A DNA stretch of 64,000 bases from Saccostrea cucullata (taxonomy: Eukaryota). Below are positions 13,101 through 24,445 of the stretch, piece after piece. The stretch is from assembly GCF_032062105.1 (NCBI RefSeq), contig NW_026918135.1:1-64000 (forward strand), in the 5' to 3' direction. The notes below the pieces were generated by a model that was not told the origin of the DNA, did no database searches, and was given only the letters and a program-made list of their open reading frames with translations. The translations under genes were made by a program, and so were the position numbers. Every line of letters begins with the position of its first letter. The first letter of the stretch is position 1.

Positions 13101-15054
13101 CCCCAAATAGGGGTAGATACCAGCATTCTCTGCCTTCCGTAATCGGTGGTGGGACTTCTGCTGCTCCGCGATCTATGACGCCTTTCATAAAGGTAACCAT
13201 ATGGTCTCGTTTGGTGGGATTCTTCTTCAGACTGACATCCAAGGAATGAGCTCGTTTTGCGGCTAGGACTCTGTTGTTTGGTAAGACGGGTCGTTGCTCT
13301 TTGAATGGTAAGGGTGCTGTCCAGTGACCAGTGCTGTCCCTCTTGAAGGACCTGTCCATGATTGTCAAGAACTCTCTGTCATCTACAGACAAGCCTAACT
13401 TGTCATCGTCCTTTGTTTTCACAAATATGCCACTTTTTGTCGCGAAGTGCTCTTTGGACAGACCGTCATGGATTTCCTTGATATTCAGTGTGTTCTCACA
13501 GGGTTGTAGAATAGTTTGTCTTCTATCCTTCGTTAGAAACGTCTTGGATACTTGGATAGTTCTGGATGAGTGAAATTGTCCAAGGCACACTTCCCCAATT
13601 ATTACCCATCCCAAAGGCAATTCTTGTGCGAAAGGCGTTTGCCTGGGACCAATCACCTGACCTTTAACATGGTGGACCTCTGGCAAATCTCGACCAACAA
13701 GAAGGGATATTTCTGCTGTTTGATCCAGGTCCGGTATATGGCATGCGATATTGCGTAGGTGTTGGTAATGTTTTGCTACCTCCGGAGTTGGAATTTCCGA
13801 TCTATCCTTTGGCATATTGTTGCACTCTATCACTGGTGGCAAGATGAATGTTTCGCCACCATGACAAGCCTGAATACAGAGATCTTTGGCTCGCCTTGCC
13901 GACAATAGTACCTTTCCAGAACAGGAAGACAGTGAGTATTCAAACTTATCATCAGCCACACCCATTGCGTCAAAAAGAGATGAAGTACCAAGAGTCTTGT
14001 TGCTCTGGTCATCTAGGATGGCATATACCTTCACTGCCTTGTCAGGATGTCCCTTTGGGAAGATTTGTACTAACACAGTCTTAGCACACGATCGTCCATT
14101 AAAGTTCTGACCACACAACTGGGTGCACTTAGAGACCAGGTCATTGTTGGGCTCCCCGCCATGCTCCTTCCCAGGTGTGCCATGTAATGACTCCTTGACT
14201 GCTGTACTCTGCACTTGACCTTTATTGCCTTCAACCATATGAAGCGCTGTTGCATGACGCTGACTGCCACAATCTCCACAGTGTACAGAGGCTTGGCAGT
14301 CTTTAGCAGTATGAGTTGTGGTCAAACAACACTTGAAACAGATGTTCTTGTCGCGTATGAACTTCTTTCGGTCTCTGAATGTTTTTTTGAGGAATTCCCT
14401 ACATTGGTTTAGAGAATGATTGGAGTGATAAATGGGACACTTCCGTAACTGCCCTTGCTCTGAGTCTCCCTGAATTTCTGTTTCCCTTGTGTACACTGTA
14501 GGCTGTTTGCGAATGTCAGTGAGTGGTTTGGTTGCTCTTGACGGAGGAGCATTCTCATTAGAAAATGGAAGGCCTGGATCATTTAACATCAAACTCATAT
14601 CTTTGATGAAATCACAAAACACATTAAAGGGTGGAAACCCTACATCATGAGCTCTTTTATATCTGGTTGCTCTGTCGCTCCATTTTCCTTGTAGATGGGT
14701 AGGTAATTTGTGTACTATGGGGATGATGCCGGCTGAGGAATCATAATAACTCAGGAGTTGCATGTATTTAGGAATTTGTTTCACTGCTTCTATTTCCATC
14801 AAAATGTCATACAAGTCATACAATTTCTTGCTATCCTTCACTGTTATCTTAGGAAAGTTCCCAACTTTGGTCTTTAACGACATCTCAACCATCTCGGCGG
14901 CCCCGTACCTTTCTTCTAGCCTCTCCCATATTTTAGCTAAGGCCCTCGTGGGATTGTTTATGTTTGAGATTCTTATACTTTGAGCGAACTTGGAAGATTC
15001 TGGTCCTAACCATTTAACCAGTAGATCGGACTCTTCCAGCGGCGTTACTTCCAA
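10123..15054 (-). CDS. pol: BEL/Pao Gag-Pol polyprotein (zinc knuckles, protease, RT, RNase H, integrase)
   Basis: 1643-aa ORF: CFKCC..H...C knuckles, AILDDQS protease, ADVEQMF / FYVDDGL RT, YSDASE RNase H, H..H..C..C plus GVDTFGP / SDRGTNF / WERMIG integrase. Confidence 0.97.
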   Translation of the reverse strand: MEVTPLEESDLLVKWLGPESSKFAQSIRISNINNPTRALAKIWERLEERYGAAEMVEMSLKTKVGNFPKITVKDSKKLYDLYDILMEIEAVKQIPKYMQLLSYYDSSAGIIPIVHKLPTHLQGKWSDRATRYKRAHDVGFPPFNVFCDFIKDMSLMLNDPGLPFSNENAPPSRATKPLTDIRKQPTVYTRETEIQGDSEQGQLRKCPIYHSNHSLNQCREFLKKTFRDRKKFIRDKNICFKCCLTTTHTAKDCQASVHCGDCGSQRHATALHMVEGNKGQVQSTAVKESLHGTPGKEHGGEPNNDLVSKCTQLCGQNFNGRSCAKTVLVQIFPKGHPDKAVKVYAILDDQSNKTLGTSSLFDAMGVADDKFEYSLSSCSGKVLLSARRAKDLCIQACHGGETFILPPVIECNNMPKDRSEIPTPEVAKHYQHLRNIACHIPDLDQTAEISLLVGRDLPEVHHVKGQVIGPRQTPFAQELPLGWVIIGEVCLGQFHSSRTIQVSKTFLTKDRRQTILQPCENTLNIKEIHDGLSKEHFATKSGIFVKTKDDDKLGLSVDDREFLTIMDRSFKRDSTGHWTAPLPFKEQRPVLPNNRVLAAKRAHSLDVSLKKNPTKRDHMVTFMKGVIDRGAAEVPPPITEGRECWYLPLFGVYHPKKPDKIRGVLDSSVVYQGMSLNNVLLTGPNLTNSLLGVLLRFRRDQIAVIADVEQMFYSFYVNEEHRDLLRFLWYRNNNPEDELIDYRMRVHVFGNTPSTAVATYGLRKAVVNSDKDVRDFVERNFYVDDGLVSVSTTDEAIELVKKTQQVLKEQGSIRLHKIASNSVTVMNAFPTQDLEKSLTQVNIGSDALPAQQSLGLSWDLNSDSFTFSDHLGDRPFTQRGLLSTLNSLFDPMGFIAPLVITGRILARNICSAGTTWDEDLPDTYRQDWENWTQSLHSLSSFTIPRMFMLDSLSTVDKPEIHIYSDASEKAIAAVAFVKDSISGKYGFILGKAKLASLLGHTIPRLELCAAVLATEIGDVVGRNLDVPMENINYFTDSKVVLGYLNNNTRRFYTYVSNRVAIIHGRSKPEQWKYIQTSRNPADVGTRGVSSVKELVEGIWIQGPPPSENDDDHQCARSDTYQLFDPDNDSEVRPCIRTTKTSTDESPRQMITKFEKFSSWQRLIIAITVLKRAGRIFKEKTKPNSREMFEQTKRSIVTLVQRDACLPETQSLQQNRPLPKGSPLLYLNPYLDHSGLLRVGGRLRQSDLPEELKNPILLPKNSYLSRLLISHFHEEVKHQGRLFTEAAIRSNGYWITGAKRLVSSVINHCVTCKRLRGKVQEQIMSNLPLERTSAGPPFSIVGVDTFGPWEVVAPKTRGGLAHSKRWAILFTCMATRAVHIELVDEMSSSAFVNALRRFVCIRGSVKEFCSDRGTNFVGALDALRVDGVCVEQGPVQEFLNKSGIIWKFNPPHASHMGGSWERMIGMARKILNTMLFQHKGQLTHEVLHTFMYEVSAIINSRPVTPISTDPENPIIISPAMLLTQKTGFDPVPDLDDDVRNLYKTGWKRVCWLSNVFWKRWKGEYLSGLQIRRKWNQQRENLKSGDVVLVRDSTACRNRWPLGLILRVFPSKDDGNVRTVEIRMFKDEKPTILVRPISELVSLVN

Positions 15055-16312
15055 CTACAGCCCTAAATGAGGTTTTCCAAAGGGAATAATTCTCAGGTCT
15101 GTCATTGAAGCTTGAGAATCTGGACATAAGAAGATCCCTTTTCAACAAAAACTTGGTCAACTCACTAGCCATCCCATGATTTTGATAATTGCTCTGTGCA
15201 GGTTCATTGACGAGTCTAGATGGTGTTAGTTCCGGCAAGAAAGAAGGTGCGTTAGGATTCATCGGTGTCGATTTATAATGTCTATGCTCTTGTTCCGGAG
15301 GAGGAGGCAAGATGTCAACGTGACCTGGGATAAGCATACTAGTGAAACTAAACTGGCCTGGTAGAGGCCCCTTTGTAGGAACTTGGCCTGGCTGAGGCTC
15401 AAGTGATCCAATGTCTTCAGGCAATGCAGGCATGATTTGGCTCGGAATATGCTCACTCGAATGTAGTGCAAGATTCTGCTCGCGGACAAAGCTCTTTGTC
15501 CTTTCTTGTTGAATTTCACTTAGATCTTCAACGCTGGATCCTTCAGTCTCTTCGAGCATGGCATTCAGTTCTGCTTCTGCTACAGCTGCTTCTTTCTGGG
15601 CTGTGAGAACCACGAGTTCATTTTGTAAGTTTGCTTCTAAGTTGACAAATTTAAGTTTGGCCTTTGCTGCCTCAGCCTTTGCCCTTTGTTGCATTATCAA
15701 GCCAGAAGACGACAAGGAACTGAAAACGCTTGAGCTGTGCTTGGAACGTCGAGAATTTGCTGCTGAGCTTGGCGCCTTTACTTTGGAAGTATTCAGTAGG
15801 TGTGATCTAGGATCTGTTAACATTGACTGGGGTTCAATTTTGGGATTAACACTAGGTTGGGGTTCTAATTGTGAGATAGCAAATTCTGAGTTTTCTGGAT
15901 GCATTTCTTTAGTCTTTGATATCGATTTCTGAATGTGTTGAAGAAAGATTTCGGTTTTTGTAATAACAGTTTCTCTGATGAAACGCTCTGTTGAGGCTTG
16001 CATAAGTGTTTCCTCAGTGTTTGCTCTTTTAAGAAAGTCTATGAAATCCTGTGAAATCCTTGAATACTTGGATATCGCCGACTCAGTTCTCCTCAGACAC
16101 TGGTCAAGAACTATTACATCACTGTAATCTTGTAGCTCTTGGTATATTAGGGTCTCTTCCTCTATCTGGTGTTTCAGTTCTCTCAGAGTTCTTTCATATT
16201 TTCTTACTTGGGCTGTGTGATTTTCCTGTGCTCTTTCCGTGAGAACCCGTGTCCTCTTTCCTGTCCCTTCGCTCTGGACATCCTCGGAATTCTGCATCTT
16301 GAAAGCTGTCAA
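15014..16312 (-). CDS. gag: BEL/Pao Gag N-terminal part (coiled-coil), frameshifted relative to the downstream ORF
   Basis: 432-aa ORF; RAKAEAAKAKLKF coiled coil; FNDRPENYSLWKTSF. Confidence 0.9.
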   Translation of the reverse strand: MTAFKMQNSEDVQSEGTGKRTRVLTERAQENHTAQVRKYERTLRELKHQIEEETLIYQELQDYSDVIVLDQCLRRTESAISKYSRISQDFIDFLKRANTEETLMQASTERFIRETVITKTEIFLQHIQKSISKTKEMHPENSEFAISQLEPQPSVNPKIEPQSMLTDPRSHLLNTSKVKAPSSAANSRRSKHSSSVFSSLSSSGLIMQQRAKAEAAKAKLKFVNLEANLQNELVVLTAQKEAAVAEAELNAMLEETEGSSVEDLSEIQQERTKSFVREQNLALHSSEHIPSQIMPALPEDIGSLEPQPGQVPTKGPLPGQFSFTSMLIPGHVDILPPPPEQEHRHYKSTPMNPNAPSFLPELTPSRLVNEPAQSNYQNHGMASELTKFLLKRDLLMSRFSSFNDRPENYSLWKTSFRAVVGSNAAGRVRSTG

Positions 16313-17984
16313 TCTCGTTTTCTTACTATGCTGCCATCGTATTTACCACAAAACACTCGACAGCTAGTTTACGGTCTTTATTTCAGCATAAGTTCGCCGT
16401 AAGAACTACAGTAAACAAAACACTAATAAGTTCTTACATTCTCACATACACTAACGCACACATACTCAGTAATTAATTAAGGTCACGAGATACAGAGTTA
16501 TAAACTAGAGAAAATACCAAAACAAAGGTTGAGGAAATTCGAACTGTCCATGAATACAGGCTTTAAAAGAGTCAACTTGCTAAAATATCACCTGTCAATA
16601 TGCCTAACTTTAACAAACAATATGATAATATGATAATACACTTACAACGAGGTGCTTGACCAACTTTCTCAGCGATCATGTTCACATTCACATGGTAGAA
16701 CAAAAACAAGCGTGCATTCTTTGCGCCTTTTTCACACAACGAACGATAACTCTAACACAGGATGCAGAAGTACAAAATTAGATAACTCGTTCCACCACAA
16801 CTGCAGCGAGAAAATTTTAACTCCCCAGTAAAAAGATAATTCTCAATATAGCGAGACTAAGAGAAATATAAAAAATAAAAATACGAGATCATGTTTAGAT
16901 TTCTATGATATTAACTAATTATTAAATAATATTTTTCATCGTTTTGAAACTTAAATATTTCCACGTTTCTAAGATAATGTGATTTGTCTGAGATTTAATG
17001 CCGATTCGGAAAAAGAATTGGTTGTTTTAGAATAAATCTATGAAACGCGATTGATTTAAATAGTGTAATTTAAAGGAAAGTCCTTTTTTTACAAGGTAAC
17101 AAAACATAGAAAGACAAAGGACTTTATACAAAAAAAAATAAAGTTTTAAGGACCAAAACTTCCACATACGAACTTTCAAAATCATTTGTTACAGGGCGAA
17201 ACTCTCTCTCTCTCTCTCTCCCTCTCTTGTAAATAGCGATATTAGACTGTTTGATTTAAAAATGCGACCCAAATAAATGTGGAAATTTTCAACATACCTT
17301 TCATTGCTGGTTTTCTTTGGGTGATGCAGAACAAGTGACATATTGAAGTCTGCCTGGAATCCTTCACTATATACCCTCCTCATTTTTTGACAACTCACAC
17401 TAATCGCCTTGTGTATTGGGGAAAGTGACACATTTAAACCTTGTCAGATTTTGTCGGAAACTTACACCTCACCACTAATGACACCTCACCATATTCACTG
17501 TGTATACGGGGGACACATGCATATCGTCCCCGGCCCCTCTTGACAATATACACAATGCGCGTGATTCTGACAATTAAAATTGAAAATTAATATTATTTTA
17601 ATGAAAATCCCAGAAATTTAATGTGTAGATATAATTGTTTAGGATTTTTATCCAGTTTTATTTCAAAACATTTTTTTTAAAAAACGCATCGTTAAAAATG
17701 CCATCAATTAATTCTAAAAAGAAAATAAGTACATGTATATGAAATGTCACCAAAACAAACGAACAATAAAAGGAATATTAACCAAATTCTTTTAGTTTCA
17801 AACACGTGTCTGTAAATGAGAAATTAAAGTCAAATTCGTGTAGTGATATACATGTACAAAGATTTCAATAAAATAACCGTTTTTTTTTCTCTTTAAAGGC
17901 AAATTTATTAATCAACAAAGTAGTCATAAGAAAAATATTAAGAAAAAATGAATTAATAACACATCTGTCGATTTGTTTACGAAA

Positions 17985-18122
17985 GGTGCCGAATTAACCA
18001 GAATCTGATGCCGAATTTACTAGATTCTGGTGCCGAGTTCACTAGGTGCCGAGCTCACTAGATGCCGAATTCACTTTTTCTTTGAGTGCCGAATTCACCA
18101 GGTGCCGAATTTACTTGTACCC
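17985..18122 (-). repeat. Right TIR of Mutator element (tandem GRTGCCGARTT units)
   Basis: About 7 inverted copies of the left-end motif; the first motif lies at the same distance from each terminus. Confidence 0.85.
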
Positions 18123-18130
18123 ATAGAATC

Positions 18131-18186
18131 AAGTTCTCAAAACACTCTTCTCTCTGATTTCCTCGATGATTGTCTTCACCATATCC
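18131..18186 (-). pseudogene. Upstream continuation of the same mariner transposase, beyond the Mutator insertion
   Basis: Joining across the ATAGAATC TSD gives DMVKTIIEEIREKSV../ELDSINSSSSVYRILKFD*KLSPNNILIMQHLEETD, which resembles the mariner HTH region. Confidence 0.6.
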
Positions 18187-18291
18187 ATATATACATCTAA
18201 ATACATGTATCATAATCACATTCTCATCCCGGTTTCCTCAAATTGGAAGTTACATTGTGGGGACGGCATTAATCAGCTGAAATGGAATAGA

Positions 18292-18591
18292 TTTATTGAT
18301 TGTATACTGTTTAAGAATTTTTCACTCATATGGAGACGTCACCGATGCCGGTGAAGTGCTTCAAATTTATACCTATACTCGGCACTCAGGGCCATTAAGC
18401 AGTGAGGGTTATTTATCGTGCCAACGCCTACCGTGACACAGGACCTACGTTTTAAGGTCATATCCGAAAGACCCGTGACTTTCACTTCTAGTGCCGAGCG
18501 CTTGGCGAAGGAACACTCACTACCTATGTTTACGTCTTAGGCCTCCCGATCACGAAGCGAACGCTCTACCAGTAGGCTACCGTTACCGGTA
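18292..18591 (-). mobile_element. tRNA-derived SINE (B-box region deleted)
   Basis: Minus-strand head GGTAGCCTACTGGTAGAGCGTTCGC (A-box-like); A-rich tail; 12-bp TSD AAATGGAATAGA (18280-18291, 18592-18603). Confidence 0.8.
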
Positions 18592-18953
18592 AAATGGAAT
18601 AGAATATTTCACATTAACACGTATACGTTACTGCACAAAGCGTTATTTATCATTCTGCCCTATAACCGATAAATCAATCGATTCACCTGATAAATCCCTG
18701 TTTTTAAGGCATTTAATGAGCTGTTCTTTCTCTTCACATTTTTCTGTGTCCTTAAGAATTCCCATAAGAAATTCACATGACGGCCCTCCCTGTATTATAC
18801 ACAGGCCTACCAGAAATAAAAATAAACGAACTAGAAACTCTTGTTCCTACAACAACAAAGAAGGTCTTCCGTTCTCCTCTATTTATCTGCAAGAATGAGC
18901 TTTTATCTATGTTAAAAAAGGCACAGAATATTTAAAATGATTTAAAGAAACAA

Positions 18954-19990
18954 ACCATTAGTGTCTTTTTCAAGTAAAATATCCAAGTATGAAGCGGAAG
19001 TGTCGGACTCTGTGGTATCTTTTATCTCTAGCTCACCAGGATATATCGTGTCGACGTAGGAATGGAAATTATCATTATTAATTGACAATACGTCGTCGAT
19101 ATATCTAAATGTCGAGTTGAAGGCCACAGCAAGTGTTTTCTTCTTTTCACGCAAAAGATTTTTCATAAATTCTGCTTCATATGAATATAAAAATAAGTCT
19201 GCTAATAACGGAGCGCAATTGATACCCATGGGAATTCCAATAGATTGTTGGAATACCTGGTCTCCAAAAACCACATAGATATTGTCAATCAGAAACTCAG
19301 GCATCTTCTTGATGTCAACTTCAGAGTACTTATGTGTGCTATCAGAATCTGTTTTAACAAAATAATTTTTCAAATGACCAATGACGAGGTAAGTAAACAT
19401 ACGAGTTCCTTTTTTTGTTGAAGAAGCAGCTGTCAATGATATCAAAAAGCCTGGATTTTAATTTGTCGTGGGGAATTGTTGTGTATAATGTTGAAAAGTC
19501 GTAAGTTTTTATGCTGTTGATTTTTGTAAAGTCTTGTGATTTCAAATTGTCCAAAAGTTCTTTAGATTTTTTAAGTATCCACATCTGATTTACACCACTT
19601 CTTGAATATATAGTTGTACAGTACTCTTGAAGTTTTTCCTTCACTACTGTCAATATTTTAGTGAAAAGTAACGAAAGAGGCTTGGTTGAACATTTACTGG
19701 AACTTGCAATTTATCCTTGTTTGTAAGGATTCTAATGAAGTTTCGGAATCCAATATATATATAAGGTAGTTCAAATTCATTTTGGCTCTGTGGAATATCA
19801 AAAGTATTCAAAACTGACAGGTGATTTTGAAGAATGTCTTCCTTAGAAAGAAAAGAATATGCATAAGTAGGATTACCACTTGTAGAATTAAATCCAAGTT
19901 CTTCTAGAATGCAATTTATGTAATGAGCCTTACAAACGAAGACAATGTTGTTACCTGCTTTGTCGGCAGGAACCATAGCAAATAAGTAAT
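18954..19990 (-). pseudogene. Penelope-like (Naiad-type) reverse transcriptase fragment
   Basis: VPADKAGNN, TYDFSTLYTTIPH, QSIGIPMGINCAPLLADLFL, FRYIDDVL motifs; frameshifted and truncated at both ends. Confidence 0.85.
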
Positions 19991-20193
19991 CAATGTAAAC
20001 TCTGTCTAGTTGTTTTGAATTTTCACAGTTGAAAGCCCAGATGCATGTTGCTTGATAATTATGTTTCAAATAGCCAGACATAACCTCCGTCCTCTTTCAC
20101 GGGCGCTATTGAGAAAATAAACCAAAATGACTTATTTGGTCAAAGCACGGTTCGAAAATCATTGGGGGCGTGGTTTGCATAATTAACCAAGAA

Positions 20194-20386
20194 ACGGTAC
20201 GGTTCGTTTCTTGCACTGAACGGTACGTTCGCTTTGTGCTCGGAACTGTTCGCTTTGTGCACGGTACGGTACGCTTTGTACACGGAACGGTTCGCTTTGT
20301 GGACGGCACGGTACGCTTTGAGCACGGAACGGTTCGCTTTGTTCACGGTACGGTACGCTTTGTGCACGGAACGGTACGGTTCGTTT
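20194..20386. repeat. 21-bp minisatellite (ACGGWACGGTWCGCTTTGTGC), about 8-9 copies
   Basis: Direct reading; explains the overlapping spurious ORFs at 20106-20449. Confidence 0.9.
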
Positions 20387-23300
20387 CTGAGGTGTAGTAG
20401 CACGGTTTAGGGTCTGTACATGCAAAGGTTCCAGACTCGAGTAACCCATATCATCATTTCTTTTTCGATGAGATTTACGTGAAGAAATGCTTAGATGCAG
20501 GAAAGAAAATTTTGCCAGAATGTGCTGGACATGGTTATTACCTGTTTTTGCAGCAGAAATTTGATGAAATGTACATTAGATATGGTAATGGTGTAGAAGC
20601 ATATAGGGTTTTTGGGGTGCAAAGGATTCCAGCCCTGTTCCGGATTTAAGTACAGAAAATGAAGAAGGAGAGTGGCACTATCATCTGCCAAATACGCTAC
20701 ATTGTAAAAGTTCTTGTTTGACAACAAACACATCACACAGTAAACTCATTTATGATTTTGTTCACATTCAACTGTGAATTAGATCTCTGTTTTTTTCTCT
20801 TTAAATGGTATATCATCGTGAGGAAAAAGAAATGAAAAAAAAGGCAATTACATACATATTTGTATTGACATATTGGTCATCCCCGATGAATGAGATATAA
20901 TGTATCTTACACTTCATTACTCGATGCTATGACTTGCGTTATTCACATGTACATCACGCTCTGTATTTGACTTTTACAAGGGACGATAACAAGGTAATGC
21001 TTGAGTTCATGGCCGATATTTGAAGTTAGTTGAGATTTGCCTCCCTTTATCCAATAGCTTCCTCGCGAGTGTACAAGAGGATAAACAAATGTCGGTCTTA
21101 CCTTACAGTATTGTTAATATTCCGTTCGTGTATCTTTTCGTGATCGGCCATGCTATCATAATCATTAAACATTAATTCGCAATAACCACACTGAAACATG
21201 ATGGGTTTTTTTTTTCTTTATTAACGCACGTCAGTCTCCTCTGAGGACTTCAAACATAATAGACAACAAGAGTTTATTTTGGACATTTTAATCATTCCCA
21301 GATTCCCGTTGGATGATACTGCTCAAGCGTAAAAAAACATTTCGGAACTCTGGATACTTGTTCACGGATACCAGTTATTTCTTTATATACAACGAATACC
21401 TTTTATTCTTTTTAATAGCCCCCCCCCCTTTCTAATTCGTTCATGCATGATTCGTGTCATACATCTTTGATCTCGTAGATATTTATTTTTTCAAGATATA
21501 CGCACCATTTTTAACAATGGCTTAATATTTAAATAGGGGGTAATTATTCATATCATTCATGGATCTCGCATATATTTATTTTTCAAGATATACACACCAT
21601 TTTTTAGCGCTAAGCGCGCATGCGCAAGCGATTAATAGGGTGTCTTCAGATTCCATGATGATTTGCATGATCTTTTTATCAACGACCTCTACCGGCCGTA
21701 TATGTATATGGCTACGTTCAAAACCATAGTTGTGTCAGTAAACTTACGCGTAGTTTAATGCTACACACTCAATCGTTTTGAAAACAGCTCGTCTACCTGT
21801 AAATTGTTAAATTTATTTCAAATTATCACTTAGATTAAATATTTATAGTACAAATTCTTTACGTGGCTGCTAGGCTGGCAAAATTCTAGTTCGAAATTCG
21901 TATATCTGTACTTAAATTCCATCTACCACAAAGATCTTGAACGCGCCCCTAACGCGCCTTCTATGAATAATGATCTAATTATGTAAACAAATGGAGTTCT
22001 ATATTTCCAAAGGCTCCAATTGTTGTCCTAAATTATCTCCGTGGTGTAATATATATAGTTCGTTTTTAAAGGTGCTTATATTCGTTAAAATAAATGTTGT
22101 ATATCATGTTCGATTTCAAAATGACAAACTCAATTTCGAGGAGTGATACAGCGCAGTTTACGAAATACGGCGCCACTGAGCAAGTTATGTAACTGTACCA
22201 AGTCGTCTAAAAATATACAACTTGAAATTTCCGACCCTCTGTCGGCTACTTTATTGTAGGAGTTATCATAATAGGTGTTAATTAGTACAGTCGATATCAA
22301 TTTTCGTATGTACGGAAATCCTGTGTTTGTTGATATTGGCGGATCTCATCTCTGAACAATATGATGCATATCAATTAGTACTGGCAAACACCAATCATGT
22401 CACAAATCTTATTTCTGCAGTGTACTTAAAGTGTAAAAAGTTAATACAAGTACCGTAAAACATTAAATGACTAAATGTGCACGTGTATTTAAAAGTTTCA
22501 ATGAGTTTCTAAAAATCAAATTGGATCAAATCTATTAGTAGAACATGTACGATTCCATTAAAATAAATGTTTAACTGGGTTCTCTATATGGGTAGTCTTT
22601 ATCTGTATTAAAATATTTTGATACAGAAAATTCCTTTAGACTGAATGCTTGGGTGTTGTGGCTATTTCATTTTTGTCAGCATGTTTTACATAGTGAAGAA
22701 AAAAACTGAAACATTTTAAAGTAATTCCGCCAAAATGAGTCAAAGAAAAATACTCACGAATTTTAATATGATATATTTTAATTTCTAAGTAGAAGAGTAT
22801 TCTAGTAGTTAATTAAACCTTTTTATTTTGAAAAGAAATATTGACAAATTAGCTTCAAATATTATACGAGAACAAGTGCATGAGAGTCTGGGATGAAGGA
22901 TAAGAATGGGTTTTTTTTTATCAAAAAGACAAAATTTAATGCAATATCCTTGTACCCAAAATTGATATTATAGCAATGTATTGAAAAAAAGAAGTACTGT
23001 CTTCGGGGATTTTTGTTACATGATGATATCAAGATGCTGCACGATTAGGGATTGGTATCACAATTAATGAGAAATATTGAAAAACAAAGTATTGTGTTAT
23101 TCAACTGTAGCATATTCTATACAAAATTTAAAAGTTCAATTTCTATTCATTATTTGTATACGCAGTAACTTTAATTGATTGTGTGTATATATATCAAGTT
23201 CCCATGCTAGGATTTTTTTTTGTAAAACCGATTATATAAAAAGTATAACTTAATAAATATCTATGACTAAATAAAACAGTTCAAACAAAATTTTAAGGCA

Positions 23301-24445
23301 TTTTAAAAATCTTTATTCATAATCCTCATAATATTTTATCATTAAAGATGTTTTAAATCGAACAAATAAAAAATAATATCCCATTTCTCCCCGTGCACTT
23401 TCAAATACATCAGCCAATAGATCGATCACCTATGCGGCCGTTAATAACAAAGGCAGATTTATACGGACGCCGACAGTCAATTTTGAATTTTAGTAAGTAC
23501 GAATAGTATTTTTGAGAGTAGAATAATTTGTTGTTCAAAATTTGACTAGAAAGTTTTCAGCAACATCTTAGGTATTCAAAATTTGTCCCCCCAGCTTTCC
23601 AGCTAATGTAGAGCTAAATACATAACCTGAATGAGATGAGTCAGAAGAAAAAAATCATACTGTAACATTGATATAAATTTAATTTTGTCGCAGAAACCTG
23701 GACCCACAATGCAACAAAAGTAATTTTGTTGTCCAGACGGGTAACTGTGTTACTGTCCTATGGTGTGACAATCAAGGAAGGGTTATAAAAGTAATTCATT
23801 TGCTTTAAAAAATATTGCACAGAGATAGTAAATTAGATTCTCTTTGTTATTATTATTTTTTTTTGTTGCATATTTAAAAACTTTGTTATTGTAATACAAC
23901 TTACATTCGATGTTATTTAATGTAACAATCAAGTCAATCAATTAAGAGCTGAGTTCGTCCCCCCTCCCCTTTACAGCTGCACCGTCAAAATATTAAATGT
24001 ACTTATTCCAATGCAATAGGGAATTTAAATTCTGATGAATTTCAAATTCAAACCATGCTTAGCGCTTCCCAGTACTCTCAGTACTTTGATTAACAATGAC
24101 ATAATATTTAAACAGGAAAGGGGAGGGTTATTTTTGTCATCCTCAGTCTCTGTTTTATGCTTTTTCTCAATAAATTTAATTTCAAATCCTCTTTGTAATT
24201 TATTCGTGCGTAAATTCTTTTTGCTGTCTTTTCACGTTTCATACCCAAGTTCGGCTGTTAGATGATTGGTTAAGACAACTTGTGTATTTAGTTCAGAAAA
24301 ATACACATGATACATTTCAATCAAATAACATGGGCGTGAACGCACATTATTTGTTACCAATGATTTAAGGTTCAAACAGGGCAAGGAATTATTTTTGTCA
24401 TCTTTAGTCCATGTTTTACACTTTTTCTAAAATAAATTGATTTAA

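Larger units (their letters stand above)
9345..16799 (-). mobile_element. Full-length BEL/Pao LTR retrotransposon #1
   Basis: 473-bp LTRs 9345-9817 and 16327-16799 (about 8 differences by eye); 5-bp TSD ACTGC (9340-9344, 16800-16804); purine-rich PPT next to the 3' LTR; gag-PR-RT-RH-IN order. Confidence 0.97.
4423..18122 (-). mobile_element. Mutator/MULE DNA transposon, Phantom-type, with foldback-like repetitive TIRs; contains a BEL/Pao insertion
   Basis: 8-bp TSD ATAGAATC (4415-4422 and 18123-18130); both ends carry inverted arrays of a ~16-bp TCGGCACC unit; internal spliced MULE transposase. Confidence 0.9.

Noticed and set aside
10190-16402. Numerous plus-strand ORFs within BEL/Pao #1 (and likewise 53066-59048 in #2)
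   Set aside because: Antisense shadows of the polyprotein ORF
18540-18591. tRNA gene
   Set aside because: A-box only, B-box deleted, followed by SINE body and flanked by a TSD
20106-20449. Four overlapping repetitive ORFs
   Set aside because: By-products of a stop-free 21-bp tandem repeat
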